Assembly: GCA_964420455.1 (NCBI GenBank)
Contig: CAYQTO010000004.1
Location: forward strand, 5,385 to 69,384
Length of the DNA stretch: 64,000 nucleotides
DNA from: an uncultured Candidatus Sumerlaeota bacterium
GTDB lineage: Bacteria; Sumerlaeota; Sumerlaeia; SLMS01
Direction of reading: 5' to 3'
The notes below the pieces were generated by a model, which worked only from the letters and a program-made list of their open reading frames with translations, was not told the origin of the DNA and made no database searches. Both the position numbers and the translations under genes were made by a program. Numbering within the stretch: position 1 is the stretch's first letter; each line of letters begins with the position of its first letter. This document shows positions 1 to 9,879 of this stretch, piece by piece.

Positions 1-28
1 CAGTGGCTATGTATCGCTCCGATGGTAC

Positions 29-1147
29 ATGCGCGAGGTGGTGCGCCGCAGCGAGAGCATCCTGTTGACCGTGGTGCCCGCGAGCGCCGTCTCCAGCCCG
101 GTCCTTCCGATGGTCGTGGCGGTTTGTATCGGGGCCGTCTCCGTCCCCCTCCATTTCGAACTCGAGTACTTCATGTCGTTCTACGGTTCGTTCTCCATCG
201 GCTACGCCATCGTGCTTCTCTTTCGGACGGCCTACCTGCCGGAATTCACGAGCTTCACGCAAACGGTGCTCTTTTCCGTGGCGGCCTTTTCCCTCGGCCT
301 CTTCGGGGTGGGTTACTTCGAGGAGATGTGGCCGCTGATGGCGTTGGGGGCGCTCACGCCGCTCGTTCACGGCATGGTCACCATTTCGGGCCGGGTGGTG
401 GTCGACGACCTCCAGAAGGCGTTTCCCCGACAGACCGATTCGACCGACGACGTGCCCATGGAAAGCGTCTCGGGACGCGCCGCCGAGCGCGCCATCGCCG
501 CCCTTCAGTCTGCTATCTCGCACATTGATCCCAAGACGGGCGATCGCTTCAAGGAAGCCTTCCAGAAGATCGAGCCCGCCGCCGCCCAGGCCCTCGCCTC
601 CCTCCTCAGTTCCGTGAATCCTGCCCACGCGGAGGGAACCCCGGGGACCTCCATTGTCGGGCTCGACGACACCTTTGCGGACGACCACGCGCGTGGTCAC
701 TTTGAAGGCAATTGGTTCTGCCATACCTTCATGATGACCTACAGCGACACCAACTCGGTGGGAAATGTGTACTTCGCAAACTATATTGTCTTCGTCGGAA
801 AGGTCCGCGAGATGTTCTTTCGCACCGCCATGCCGGAGTTTGACCTGAAGAAGACCGGGTTCTATATCCTCACGCGCCAGATCGAACACAAGTTCCAGAT
901 TGAGGCGAAAGAGTTCGATCTGTTGACGGTGCGTATCCGGGTGGCAGGCTTTAATCGCAAGTTCGCCACGCTCGAGCACCAGATTGTGAACCAGGCGCGT
1001 GAGATCCTCGGCCACGGTCGGCAGATTCTGATGTTCGTCAGCTCACAAGACTACCGCCTCGTGGATCTGCCGAACGAACTGAAGACGGCGTTCCTTCCCT
1101 ACACCGGGGCGGGCGGCGGTGAGGCTCGCGACTCGGCGGTGGGCTGA
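29..1147 (+). CDS. membrane-anchored hotdog-fold (4HBT/YbgC-like) acyl-CoA thioesterase; may extend 5' beyond the window
   Basis: 372-aa ORF. The N-terminal ~130 aa are hydrophobic with several TM-like segments. The C-terminal ~130 aa resemble hotdog thioesterases (YSDTNSVGNVYFANYIVFVGKVRE...). There is no in-frame stop between position 2 and the ATG at 29. Confidence 0.5.
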   Translation: MREVVRRSESILLTVVPASAVSSPVLPMVVAVCIGAVSVPLHFELEYFMSFYGSFSIGYAIVLLFRTAYLPEFTSFTQTVLFSVAAFSLGLFGVGYFEEMWPLMALGALTPLVHGMVTISGRVVVDDLQKAFPRQTDSTDDVPMESVSGRAAERAIAALQSAISHIDPKTGDRFKEAFQKIEPAAAQALASLLSSVNPAHAEGTPGTSIVGLDDTFADDHARGHFEGNWFCHTFMMTYSDTNSVGNVYFANYIVFVGKVREMFFRTAMPEFDLKKTGFYILTRQIEHKFQIEAKEFDLLTVRIRVAGFNRKFATLEHQIVNQAREILGHGRQILMFVSSQDYRLVDLPNELKTAFLPYTGAGGGEARDSAVG

Positions 1148-1178
1148 CCGGGTGGAGGATCCTTCGGCGGGGCCGCTC

Positions 1179-2102
1179 TCACCCGATGGCGGCCAGGAGC
1201 CGCCTCTCCGTTTGCCCAGCGACCAGGCGAAGAAGGTTTGCGATCTCCTTCTTGTCTTTCGTCCCGGCCCCGTAGCCGATCCGGCGGGGGATATATACGA
1301 GGGGGGACAGAACCGGCTTGGCCAGCGCGGCAATAATTGCCGCCCCGGTGGGTGTCGTCATCTCGCCCTCTGTCGTCGTCTTGCGCACGGGGTAGTCCCG
1401 GAGGATCGCGAGGGTGCCCGGCGCAGGGAGCGGCATCCGCCCATGGGCGCAGGCCACCGTTCCCGTCCCGACGGTCACCGGTCCACTCAGGATGTGGTCG
1501 ATCGCAAGCAGTTCCAGCCCGACACATGTCCCCACCACATCCACCAGGCAATCAAGCCCGCCGACCTCGTGCAGGTGCACCTTCTCGATGGGCATGCGAT
1601 GGGCCTGCGATTCCGCCTCGGCCAGCTTCGTCAGGACCGCCCGGGATCGCTCCTTCACGCGGGGGGCAAGGTCCGCCTTGTCGATGATTGCGAGCAGGTC
1701 CCCCAAGTGACGGTGGGGGTGGGGCACGTCCTCGACCACCACATCGACCTTGGTTCCTGCGATGGTGTGGCGCTTGGCTTCCGATCGCCTGAGGTCGAAT
1801 CCCTTCACGCCCAGTTTCCCGACCTCGTGGGTCAGCGCGTGGAAGTCGACGCCGAGGTCGACCAACGCGCCCAGGAACATGTCGCCGGACGCACCCGCAA
1901 CGGGATCGATGTACAACAGGTCGACAAGCTGGCGCCCAGCAACCAGCGCCTCCTCGCTGCCGGCTTCCTCGCCATGGCCGTGGCCATGATCGTGCTGGTG
2001 GTCGCCGTGACCATGGTCATGACCATGGTCGTGGTCATGGTGGTGCGTCGTGGGGGAACCGGTTTCCGTGTGGCCATGATGGAGCAGGGTGGGAAGGCGC
2101 AT
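1179..2102 (-). CDS. larC: LarC/DUF111-family nickel-insertion-like protein, N-terminal domain only, with an N-terminal His/Asp-rich tract
   Basis: ORF 1179..2219 trimmed to the ATG at 2102 (MRLPTLLHH...). The tract HHHDHDHGHDHGHGDHQHDHGHGHG is followed by the DUF111 signature YIDPVAGASGDMFLGALVDLG ... GYGAGTKD. The protein is ~307 aa and lacks the C-terminal LarC2 domain. Confidence 0.6.
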   Translation of the reverse strand: MRLPTLLHHGHTETGSPTTHHHDHDHGHDHGHGDHQHDHGHGHGEEAGSEEALVAGRQLVDLLYIDPVAGASGDMFLGALVDLGVDFHALTHEVGKLGVKGFDLRRSEAKRHTIAGTKVDVVVEDVPHPHRHLGDLLAIIDKADLAPRVKERSRAVLTKLAEAESQAHRMPIEKVHLHEVGGLDCLVDVVGTCVGLELLAIDHILSGPVTVGTGTVACAHGRMPLPAPGTLAILRDYPVRKTTTEGEMTTPTGAAIIAALAKPVLSPLVYIPRRIGYGAGTKDKKEIANLLRLVAGQTERRLLAAIG

Positions 2103-2112
2103 GATTTGTTTC

Positions 2113-2439
2113 CTAGTAGCGGGGGATGGAGGGGTCGGCCTTGATGGCGTAGGCATCGATGCCGCCGACAAGGTTGCGGACGTTGTCGAATCCGTGGTGC
2201 AGGAGGTAGCGCTGCACACTGGCGGAGCGAATGCCGTGGTGACAGATGACGACGACTTCCTCCTCGGCGTGAGCCTCCAGTTCAGTCAGCCGCGAGGGCA
2301 CGTCGCCCATGGGCACATGGAGTGAGCCGGGGATGTGACAGATCGCGAGTTCCTCATCCTCGCGCACGTCGATCATCACCGGCGCTTTCCCCACGTCGAG
2401 ACGCTGCTTCAGTTCCTCCGGGAGGATGGTTGGCTTCAT
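2113..2439 (-). CDS. single-domain rhodanese-like sulfurtransferase
   Basis: ORF trimmed to MKPTILPEELK... It has the rhodanese pattern VMIDVREDEELAICHIPGS ... VVVICHHGIRS (active-site Cys loop CHHGIRS). An ATGA overlap joins it to the upstream gene at 2436..2439. Confidence 0.8.
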   Translation of the reverse strand: MKPTILPEELKQRLDVGKAPVMIDVREDEELAICHIPGSLHVPMGDVPSRLTELEAHAEEEVVVICHHGIRSASVQRYLLHHGFDNVRNLVGGIDAYAIKADPSIPRY

Positions 2440-3518
2440 GTGGGGGTGGGTTCGCGGGCTGGTTCGGCGTGCAGTTGCGAGACGAAGTGGGCAGAAAGTA
2501 ATACGGCGTCGCGGAGGACGCGGGCCTGAGTACCCCACTCGACCGGTGTGACGCGGAAATCTTTCTCGAGCTGGCGGAGCGGCCGCTCGTCGCCCTGAAG
2601 GAGGGCCGCCCGGGCCTCGTCATATCTTGGGCGAAAGCGCTGGTAGGGGGTGTTGTCGTCCGGTGGGTCGCTGATTGGCTCGCCGACGCCGATGCGAAAG
2701 AGCGGCACTTCGCTCACCATGGCGAGGGGATCACCGCCGAGCGAGCGGACGTATTCCATGCTGCTGGGGAGGAAGAGCCGAGAGGTTTCGGTCTCGCCGC
2801 GGTCGAGGAAGAACTCGCGCATGGCAACAGACGTGGGAGTGGTGGAAAAGCCTCGCTGGATACGATGGAAGCCCTTCTCGCCCCTGCGGTCGATGTCGTG
2901 ATAGCCGAGGCCGGCGTGGAGGAAGAGCGAGGCGAGTTGGCGGCGGAGGTCCGCCGTGCGGTCGGCCCAGGAGGACTCGATGAGCCACCAGGCGCCCTCG
3001 GCGAAGGCCATTCCGTGGAGCGAAAGGTGGAGGTGGTAGGGGCCGCCATCGGCAAGGAAAGCGGCGGCGGCGGCGGACTCGGGCCGCGGTTCCGGATCGT
3101 CCTCGCCCTGCCCGGGGTAGTTGAACTCGAGATCATCCCCCGGACTTTCGCGAACGGAGGACAAGGCATAGCGGAGGAAGTTCGGTGGGTCCGTGAACCA
3201 TCGCTCGTTCCGGCGGGCGCCGTCGGGATTGATGTGGGGGATGATGCGCCAGGTGGCGGTTTCAAGCCAATCGGGCCCGGACTGGCCGTAGACAAAGAAA
3301 AGGAGCAGTTGCATGGCGGCCATGGGGCCTGCGGGCTCGTCTGCGTGGGCACCTGCCACGATGGAGATCTTGAGGGGCCCCGAACCCGCCTCGACGCCGA
3401 AGACCGAGCGGTCCTCCCGGGATGACCCGATCCGCACCAACTCCAGCGGCAGCTCGCGATCTCGCGCCCGCTGCGCGATGACTTCCAGTTCCTCTTCAGC
3501 GTAGGGCGACGTGATCAC
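2436..3518 (-). CDS. M14-like zinc carboxypeptidase / succinylglutamate desuccinylase-aspartoacylase family protein
   Basis: 360-aa ORF. It carries the zinc-ligand-like motif ISIVAGAHADEPAG and RIIPHINPDGARRNERW, typical of M14/AstE-AspA-type hydrolases. It overlaps the upstream gene by 4 bp. Confidence 0.55.
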   Translation of the reverse strand: MITSPYAEEELEVIAQRARDRELPLELVRIGSSREDRSVFGVEAGSGPLKISIVAGAHADEPAGPMAAMQLLLFFVYGQSGPDWLETATWRIIPHINPDGARRNERWFTDPPNFLRYALSSVRESPGDDLEFNYPGQGEDDPEPRPESAAAAAFLADGGPYHLHLSLHGMAFAEGAWWLIESSWADRTADLRRQLASLFLHAGLGYHDIDRRGEKGFHRIQRGFSTTPTSVAMREFFLDRGETETSRLFLPSSMEYVRSLGGDPLAMVSEVPLFRIGVGEPISDPPDDNTPYQRFRPRYDEARAALLQGDERPLRQLEKDFRVTPVEWGTQARVLRDAVLLSAHFVSQLHAEPAREPTPT

Positions 3519-4429
3519 TTGACCGTATTGTCCTCGCGCGGGGCGATTCGCTTGGAGGCAATGACCTCATTCCCGCGACCCACATACTCCACCGCATCGA
3601 AGTGGAGCCGGGCGAGGAAAATCCCCCTGCCGGAAAGCAGCTGGTCCGGCTCATAGGACATCGGGTCGGGAAGCGTCTTGTAGTCGAATCCCTTGCCATC
3701 GTCGAGGATGTGCCAGACGAGCGTGGCCTGGTCGTGATCGAGGGTGAGGGAGACCCGGACGCGGCGGCCCGCGTGGGCAGGATCGCCCTGCCGCTTGTGC
3801 ACGAGCGCCATGTAGGCGTCGTGAGACTCAGCCAGGAGGGCGTCCTTCTCCTCGTGGGTGATCTCGAGGTTACCGTGCTCGATCGCGTTGACGATGAGTT
3901 CGTGCAGTCCCACCTGGATGCCGAAGCGATCGCTGGCAGGAAGCCAGGGGCGTGTGAGATCCACAAAGAGTTCCACGACGCCGGAGACGTGAGTCAGCTG
4001 GTTGGGAATCTCGAGCCTGATGTCAAGCTGCTGGACGAAGCCGAGGGCGGCATCGCGCCGCGCCCGCAGTTGCAATTGGCTGTTGTACTTTGCGAGCAGC
4101 TTGCGGAGTTCGGTGATGTCGAGGGGCTTTTGGAGGTAGTTGTCCGCCTTGAGTTCGAGGGCGGCCCGTGCGACCTCCTCGGAACCGAAGCCGGTCATCA
4201 TGATCACGTAGACGTCGCGGCTTTCGGCGCGGATCCGGCGCAGGACCTCGAGCCCACCGATTCCCGGCAGGTGCAGGTCGCAGAAAACCAGGTGGGGGTC
4301 GCGCTCGTGAAAGAGGCTCATCGCCGTATCACCGTCGGACGCGGCAATCACCTCGTGGTTGTCCCGCTGCGCAACCTGGGTCAGGAAGTAGCGAACGGAT
4401 GGATCGTCTTCGATGACAAGAATGCGCAT
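3515..4429 (-). CDS. response-regulator receiver domain fused to an RsbW/SpoIIAB-like HATPase (anti-sigma-type Ser kinase) domain
   Basis: The N-terminus MRILVIEDDPSV...FCDLHLPGIGGLEVLRRIR...YLQKP is a REC domain. The C-terminus has LHELIVNAIEHGN and ILDDGKGFD, the N and G1 boxes of the HATPase_c_2 type. Confidence 0.75.
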   Translation of the reverse strand: MRILVIEDDPSVRYFLTQVAQRDNHEVIAASDGDTAMSLFHERDPHLVFCDLHLPGIGGLEVLRRIRAESRDVYVIMMTGFGSEEVARAALELKADNYLQKPLDITELRKLLAKYNSQLQLRARRDAALGFVQQLDIRLEIPNQLTHVSGVVELFVDLTRPWLPASDRFGIQVGLHELIVNAIEHGNLEITHEEKDALLAESHDAYMALVHKRQGDPAHAGRRVRVSLTLDHDQATLVWHILDDGKGFDYKTLPDPMSYEPDQLLSGRGIFLARLHFDAVEYVGRGNEVIASKRIAPREDNTVK

Positions 4430-4497
4430 GCAGCGCCGGTCACTCGCTCAGGTGGACTTGGTCAGGCAGGACGTTCCAGCGGAGAACATGCTGAAGC

Positions 4498-5679
4498 ATG
4501 ACAGAACATATCGGCATTAAGTCGGATGAGGCGCAACGGGGCAAGCCCACCTTTGCCTTTTCCGTCCAATCGTCACACGGCCTCGCACGCGCCGCGCATT
4601 TCACAACTCCCCACGGGTTGGTTCGCACACCCTGTTTCATGCCGGTGGGGACCCGGGCAACGGTCAAGGCGATCACGCCCCGGGACCTTCGGGAAATGGG
4701 TGCGCAGATCATTCTCGCGAACACCTTCCATCTTCACCTTCGCCCTGGCGAGGACGTCATCGAACGGCTTGGCGGCCTCCACGGCTTCATGCGTTACAAT
4801 GGACCCATCCTTACCGATTCCGGCGGCTTCCAGGTTTTTTCCCTCGCCGACCTGCGAAACCTTACCGAGGAGGGTGTCGCCTTTCGTTCGCCGATCGACG
4901 GCGCTCCCTGCTTCCTTTCTCCCGAGAAGGCCCTTCGGATCCAGCGCGCCCTCGGCGCCAATATCGTCATGGCCTTCGACGAATGCCCCGGGATCGAAGT
5001 TACCGGTGCCGCCCTCCGCGAGAGCACGGAGCGAACCCTGCGATGGCTCGAGCGTTCCCTTTCCGTCCCCCTCCAGGGGCACCAGTGTCTCTTCCCCATC
5101 GTCCAGGGGGGCATGGACGCGGCGCTTCGGGTGGACTCCGCCCGGCGCACCCTCGCCACGGCGCCTGATGCGGTTGGTTACGCGGTCGGCGGGCTCGCCG
5201 TCGGCGAGGGACGGGACACCACCTACCGCATGCTCGAGGTCTCCCTCGGGGAACTCCCCGAAAACCGGCCCCGCTACCTCATGGGCGTGGGCACTCCCGA
5301 GGACCTCGTCTGGGCGGTGGACCGTGGTGTGGATCTGTTCGACTGCGTCCTTCCTACGCGCAACGCCCGCAACGCCCGGGTCTTCACCGCCGAGGGGCAC
5401 CTGAACCTGCGCAACGCCCGTTATCGGGAGGACCCCCTCCCCATCCAGCCGGGCTGCGACTGCCACGCCTGCCGCGAGGGATTCAGCCGCGCCTACCTCC
5501 ATCACCTCCACCGCGCCGACGAGATCCTCGCATCAATGCTCGCGTCCTGGCACAATCTGCGGTTCCTCCTCCGCCAGTGCGAGGAGATGCGCACAGCGAT
5601 CACCGACGGGACCTGGGAGGATTGGAAAAGGCGATTCTTCGCCCCTCGCGAAGGGGTGGGGACGTCCACTGCTGGCTAG
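4498..5679 (+). CDS. tgt: tRNA-guanine transglycosylase (queuine tRNA-ribosyltransferase)
   Basis: 393 aa. Shows TPCFMPVGTRATVKAITPRDL, ILANTFHLHLRPG, LTDSGGFQVFSL and the zinc motif CDCHAC...H. Confidence 0.9.
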   Translation: MTEHIGIKSDEAQRGKPTFAFSVQSSHGLARAAHFTTPHGLVRTPCFMPVGTRATVKAITPRDLREMGAQIILANTFHLHLRPGEDVIERLGGLHGFMRYNGPILTDSGGFQVFSLADLRNLTEEGVAFRSPIDGAPCFLSPEKALRIQRALGANIVMAFDECPGIEVTGAALRESTERTLRWLERSLSVPLQGHQCLFPIVQGGMDAALRVDSARRTLATAPDAVGYAVGGLAVGEGRDTTYRMLEVSLGELPENRPRYLMGVGTPEDLVWAVDRGVDLFDCVLPTRNARNARVFTAEGHLNLRNARYREDPLPIQPGCDCHACREGFSRAYLHHLHRADEILASMLASWHNLRFLLRQCEEMRTAITDGTWEDWKRRFFAPREGVGTSTAG

Positions 5680-8600
5680 GCCTTCACGGAGGCTGCCTGA
5701 ATCTCCGCAAGGTAGTTGCGGATTTCCGACTCCGGTTCCGGCCGCCTCATCAGGAACCCCTGGACGAAGTCGCAGCCGTACTCCCTTACGCGGGCGAGTT
5801 GCTCCTCGTTCTCGATCCCCTCGGCGATGGTCGAAAGGCCGAGGGCGCTCGAGAGGCTGGCGACCGCGGGGAGGATCAGCGCCGACTTGTCCTCCGCCGA
5901 CAAGGCATCCACAAATGCCCGGTCGATCTTCACCGTGTCGAGCGGCAGCCGGTGCAGATAGTTCAGGGAGGAGTAGCCGGTCCCAAAGTCGTCTATACAG
6001 ATGGAGACACCCTGGTCGCGCAGTTGCCCGAGGATGGCGATGGAGACCTCCGGATGGGCCATGAGGACGGTTTCGGTGATCTCGAGCTTGAGTGCGCCGG
6101 GATTGCACCCGGTGCGCTCGATGATCGTGCGGAGGTCCTCCGCGAGCCCCGTCTGGTTGAGCTGGCGTCCGGAGATATTTACGGCCATGAACCGGCCGTG
6201 AATCAGGTCTGGAAACTCCTGTTCCCATCGGCGCAGGGCTGCGCAGGCTTTCTCGAGAACGAGGAGCCCCACCGGCAGGATGACGCCTGTTTCCTCGGCC
6301 AGGGCGATGAAGTCCGCGGGGGAGATGCGTCCCCGCTCGGGGTGGTTCCATCGGACGAGAGCCTCGAAGCCGGCCAGCTCCAGCGTGGCCGTGTGGTAGA
6401 GCGGCTGGAAGTGGACGTCGAACTCCTGGCGTTCGAGCGCCCGGTGGAGGTCCGACTCGAGATCGAGCAACTCCTGGACATCGTCGCGCATGGAGCGGTC
6501 GAAGACGATGTGGCGGGCCCGGCCACCGTCCTTCGCCCGATACATGGCCGTGTCCGCGTCCCGAAGGATTTCTTCAGGCCGCTCGTAGCCGGCGCTGCTG
6601 AAGGCGATCCCGATGCTTGCGCTCGTATAGATCTCCTTCCCTTCGACGAGGAAGGGGCGGGCAAGCTCCTTGTGGAGCCGTTCGGCGATCATGCGGGCCT
6701 CCCCCGGGAGCCGGAGGTCCTCCACCAGGATCGCGAACTCGTCGCCACCGAGGCGTGCAAACAGGTCGCTCGGCCGGAGGATCCGTTGGAGCCGTTCGGC
6801 GATCTCCACCAGCAGGCGGTCGCCCACGAGGTGACCGAGGCTGTCGTTCACGACCTTGAACCGATCAAGGTCGAGGAACAGCACCGCGAAGAGGTAGCCG
6901 GGAAGTCGGGCGGAGCGGTTGAGGGCGTGCTCGAGGTGCTCGAGAAAGAGCGAGCGGTTGGCAAGGTTCGTCAGGCTGTCGTGCATCGCCTCGTGGTAGA
7001 GGCGTTCCTCGGCGAGGCGCCTCTCGGTCACGTCACGGAGGGATCCGGCGATGCGCACCGGCTGGCCCGTGGGCGAGAAGACCGCCACCCCCCGGCAGAC
7101 CATCCAACGGTACTGGCCGTCGCCGCACCGGATGCGGTGCTCGCTCTCGAAGTGAGGGGTCTCCTTCGCCAGATGCTCCTGGAGCTTGTGGTCCACCTCG
7201 GGACGATCCTCCGGGTGGATGCGGTCGAGCCAGACTTCCGGCGGGGACCAGGCGTCCTCGTCGGTGAGGCCGATCATCTCCTGCCAACGGGGCGAGAAGT
7301 ACATGGAGTTGGTCTCGAGGTTCCAGTCCCAAAGACCATCGTTGGCGCCCCGTGCGGCGAGGGCATAGCGCTCCTCGCTGACACGAAGGCGGCGGTCCGC
7401 CCGCTTGCGGTCCGTCACGTCGTTGGCAATCAGCTGGAGTGCCGGTGCGCCCTCGTACAGGACCGGGATCGCAACAGCCTCGAGGTCGAGGGCCTGGCCA
7501 TCGCTCCGCACCAGTTGAAAATCCTCGAACTCGGGCCGGAGGACCGGGCTGGAGTTCGCCGCCCGCGCAAGGAACTGCTGCCATCGGTTGAGCGCCCCTT
7601 CCGATGGCCACCACTGCACCCGCGACAGGTCGAGTTCCTCGGGGCCGCCCACGCCAAAGAGGCGGTGGCCCGCTCCGTTCAGATAGACAAGGCGGCCGGC
7701 CTTCAGCACGGCGATGGCGAGGGGGGCCGCCTCCACGAGTTGGCGGTACCTGCGCTCGCTGATTTCCAAAGCCTCGCGGGCCGCCTCCAGCTCCGTCAGG
7801 TCCACATTCAGGCAGTAGAACTCGGGATCTCCCGAGGCGCCGGTCATCTTCAGGAAGTTGCTGAGGACGGTGACGCGGCGGCCGCTCTTGCCGACGATTT
7901 CCAGCCGCTCGCTCTGGATCGGCAGGTCGCGGTCCGCCCAGTCGCGAAGCGCTGAACGAAACACCTCGCGGTGCGTCCCCGGCAGGAGGAGCTCCTCAAA
8001 GGGGCGCCGCGAGGCCTCCTCCGCTGTATATCCATACAGCTCATGGCTGGCCTTGTTCCAGAAGGTCACGCGCCCCTCGCGATCCATTCCCTGGATGGCG
8101 ATGTTGGGCATCTGCTCGAAGAGCGTGCGGAAGCGGTTTTCGCTTTCCCGGAGGGCGGCGTTCGAGCGGAGCCGTTCGATTTCCGCGCCTGCCCTGTCGG
8201 CCAGCACCTCGAGGTACGGCAGGTAGTCCCTCGGCCGGGGGATTTCCTCGTCGTGCACAATGACCAGCAACCCATGCTTTTGGCCCTGGGAGTTCCAGAG
8301 TGGCATGCCCAGGTAGGCCTCCGCACCGAGATCCCTGAGCATCGCGTCGTGGGGGTAGAGCTTGCGGACGCCCCGCGGGTGGACACAAACGCCCCCCGTC
8401 AACACCGCCTGACAGGGGGTCCCTTCCAGATCGAACGAGAACGGCGGGAGCAACTCGTCGTTCGCGGCAAACGCGAGGACATTTACGCGGGTTCCCCCGA
8501 CGATCTCGCCCACCAGCCCGAACCGGGTTCCCACCGCGCGGGTTACCGCCACCACGAGGTTCTCGAAGAACTCCTTCCCGGTCGCCGCGGACGTGCTTTC

Positions 8601-8996
8601 GTAAAGCGCCTGGGTCATGCGTTCGCGGCGCCGCAACCGGGTCACGTCGCGATAGATCACCGCGTGGGACCCGTCCTCTTGGGAAAGGGGGAACATCCGG
8701 GCGGACACGAGCCTTTGGGTCCCATCCGGTCGCACGATGGTCTTTTCCGAGATCGGCCCGAGGCTGCTCGACAAGGTCTCCGTGCGCGACTCCTCCCTCC
8801 AGGCCTCCGGCGCCGTTCGCCCCACCAGGTCGCCAACCGACCGGCCGGTGATGAGCGCCATGCCCGGATTCGCCGACACGATGCGATTTTCGCCGTCGAA
8901 GAACACGACGCCGTCGGTCATCGATTCGTAGAGTTGCGCCAACACGCGGGGTGTGGGGTGCCAGTCGGAGGCGCTCACGTCGAAACCCGTTTCCAA
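5676..8996 (-). CDS. multidomain c-di-GMP signalling protein (PAS-GAF-PAS-PAS-GGDEF-EAL)
   Basis: 1106 aa. GGDEF region: ...RLGGDEFAILV. EAL region: EALVRWNHPERG...KLEITE...DDFGTGYSSL. Several PAS-like blocks and a GAF-like block lie upstream of these. Confidence 0.9.
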   Translation of the reverse strand: METGFDVSASDWHPTPRVLAQLYESMTDGVVFFDGENRIVSANPGMALITGRSVGDLVGRTAPEAWREESRTETLSSSLGPISEKTIVRPDGTQRLVSARMFPLSQEDGSHAVIYRDVTRLRRRERMTQALYESTSAATGKEFFENLVVAVTRAVGTRFGLVGEIVGGTRVNVLAFAANDELLPPFSFDLEGTPCQAVLTGGVCVHPRGVRKLYPHDAMLRDLGAEAYLGMPLWNSQGQKHGLLVIVHDEEIPRPRDYLPYLEVLADRAGAEIERLRSNAALRESENRFRTLFEQMPNIAIQGMDREGRVTFWNKASHELYGYTAEEASRRPFEELLLPGTHREVFRSALRDWADRDLPIQSERLEIVGKSGRRVTVLSNFLKMTGASGDPEFYCLNVDLTELEAAREALEISERRYRQLVEAAPLAIAVLKAGRLVYLNGAGHRLFGVGGPEELDLSRVQWWPSEGALNRWQQFLARAANSSPVLRPEFEDFQLVRSDGQALDLEAVAIPVLYEGAPALQLIANDVTDRKRADRRLRVSEERYALAARGANDGLWDWNLETNSMYFSPRWQEMIGLTDEDAWSPPEVWLDRIHPEDRPEVDHKLQEHLAKETPHFESEHRIRCGDGQYRWMVCRGVAVFSPTGQPVRIAGSLRDVTERRLAEERLYHEAMHDSLTNLANRSLFLEHLEHALNRSARLPGYLFAVLFLDLDRFKVVNDSLGHLVGDRLLVEIAERLQRILRPSDLFARLGGDEFAILVEDLRLPGEARMIAERLHKELARPFLVEGKEIYTSASIGIAFSSAGYERPEEILRDADTAMYRAKDGGRARHIVFDRSMRDDVQELLDLESDLHRALERQEFDVHFQPLYHTATLELAGFEALVRWNHPERGRISPADFIALAEETGVILPVGLLVLEKACAALRRWEQEFPDLIHGRFMAVNISGRQLNQTGLAEDLRTIIERTGCNPGALKLEITETVLMAHPEVSIAILGQLRDQGVSICIDDFGTGYSSLNYLHRLPLDTVKIDRAFVDALSAEDKSALILPAVASLSSALGLSTIAEGIENEEQLARVREYGCDFVQGFLMRRPEPESEIRNYLAEIQAASVKA

Positions 8997-9039
8997 GGCT
9001 GTCTTCAGTCAGTCAGCATCGAAACCGAGTCTGGTCGCT

Positions 9040-9879
9040 TCAAGCAAGGGTGAAGCGCCGGGTGACCACGCCTGTCGTGAAAAGGAAGGCGAAGAGGATC
9101 GCCTGGACGAGGATGATTGTCGCGCCGCTGGGCCAATCGAGATGGATGGAAAGCACGAGGCCGCCGAGGACGCTCGTGCATCCGAAAACCACCGAAAGAA
9201 CGGTCATGGTGGTGAAGCGACCGGCCACCAGGCGCGCCGTCGCCGCCGGCAGGATGGCGAACGCCCCCACAAGCACCACGCCGACAATCTTGACCGCGAG
9301 GATCACCGCGAGGGCAATCGCCACCGCGAGCAGGTCGTCGTCACGGGAAACCGGCAACCGGTCGGCCCGGGCCAACTCTCCGTCGAAGGTGGCATAGGCC
9401 CACCGGCCCCACAGACCGCCCCCCCACAGCAGCGCCACCGTCGCCGCCAGCAGACTCCCCGCAAGCCAGGCATCGTTTTCCCCCACGAACAGGATCGAAC
9501 CGAACAGGTAGGACATCGCGTCCGTGGAGAATCGTGGTGTCAGCGACAGCAGCACAATCCCCACGGCCATGGAGACACTGAGGAGGATCCCGATGATGGT
9601 GTCCGCAGCCAGCGGAGTGTGGCGCCGTAGCCACTGGATCGCGAGCGCCGCTGCCACCGTGTAGGGAATGCCCAGCCAGGTGGGATCTGTCAGGCCGGCA
9701 AAGATGCCGATGGCGACTCCGCCGAAGGCCGCGTGGCCGAGCCCGCTCGCCAGGAAGGCCATCCGCCGTTGCACCACGAACACTCCGAACAGGCTCGCGG
9801 TTGCCGCGATGCACAGTCCCGCGACCAAGGCATGGAGAAGAAAATCGAAGCCCCGGAAGGTTTCCAGCAGGTCACCCAT
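9040..9879 (-). CDS. znuB: metal (Zn/Mn) ABC transporter permease
   Basis: 279-aa polytopic membrane protein of the ABC-3 family pattern. It lies in an operon with an ATPase and a His-rich substrate-binding protein and overlaps the ATPase gene by 8 bp. Confidence 0.85.
   Translation of the reverse strand: MGDLLETFRGFDFLLHALVAGLCIAATASLFGVFVVQRRMAFLASGLGHAAFGGVAIGIFAGLTDPTWLGIPYTVAAALAIQWLRRHTPLAADTIIGILLSVSMAVGIVLLSLTPRFSTDAMSYLFGSILFVGENDAWLAGSLLAATVALLWGGGLWGRWAYATFDGELARADRLPVSRDDDLLAVAIALAVILAVKIVGVVLVGAFAILPAATARLVAGRFTTMTVLSVVFGCTSVLGGLVLSIHLDWPSGATIILVQAILFAFLFTTGVVTRRFTLA

Noticed and set aside
1148-1178. The possibility that the missing LarC C-terminal domain is produced by a programmed frameshift, as in Lactobacillus larC.
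   Set aside because: Only ~30 nt separate the LarC-like stop from the end of the convergent thioesterase gene. The alternative frames (ORFs 1099..1551 and 1043..1333) encode low-complexity Arg/Pro/Gly sequence, not a LarC2-like domain.
1985-2060. CAT/GAC/GGT-rich short-period repeats that look like a microsatellite or small array. A similar stretch lies at 11105..11170.
   Set aside because: Both are in-frame His/Asp/Gly codon runs encoding metal-binding tracts of the LarC-like and ZnuA-like proteins. They have no spacer structure and are not CRISPR or non-coding repeats.
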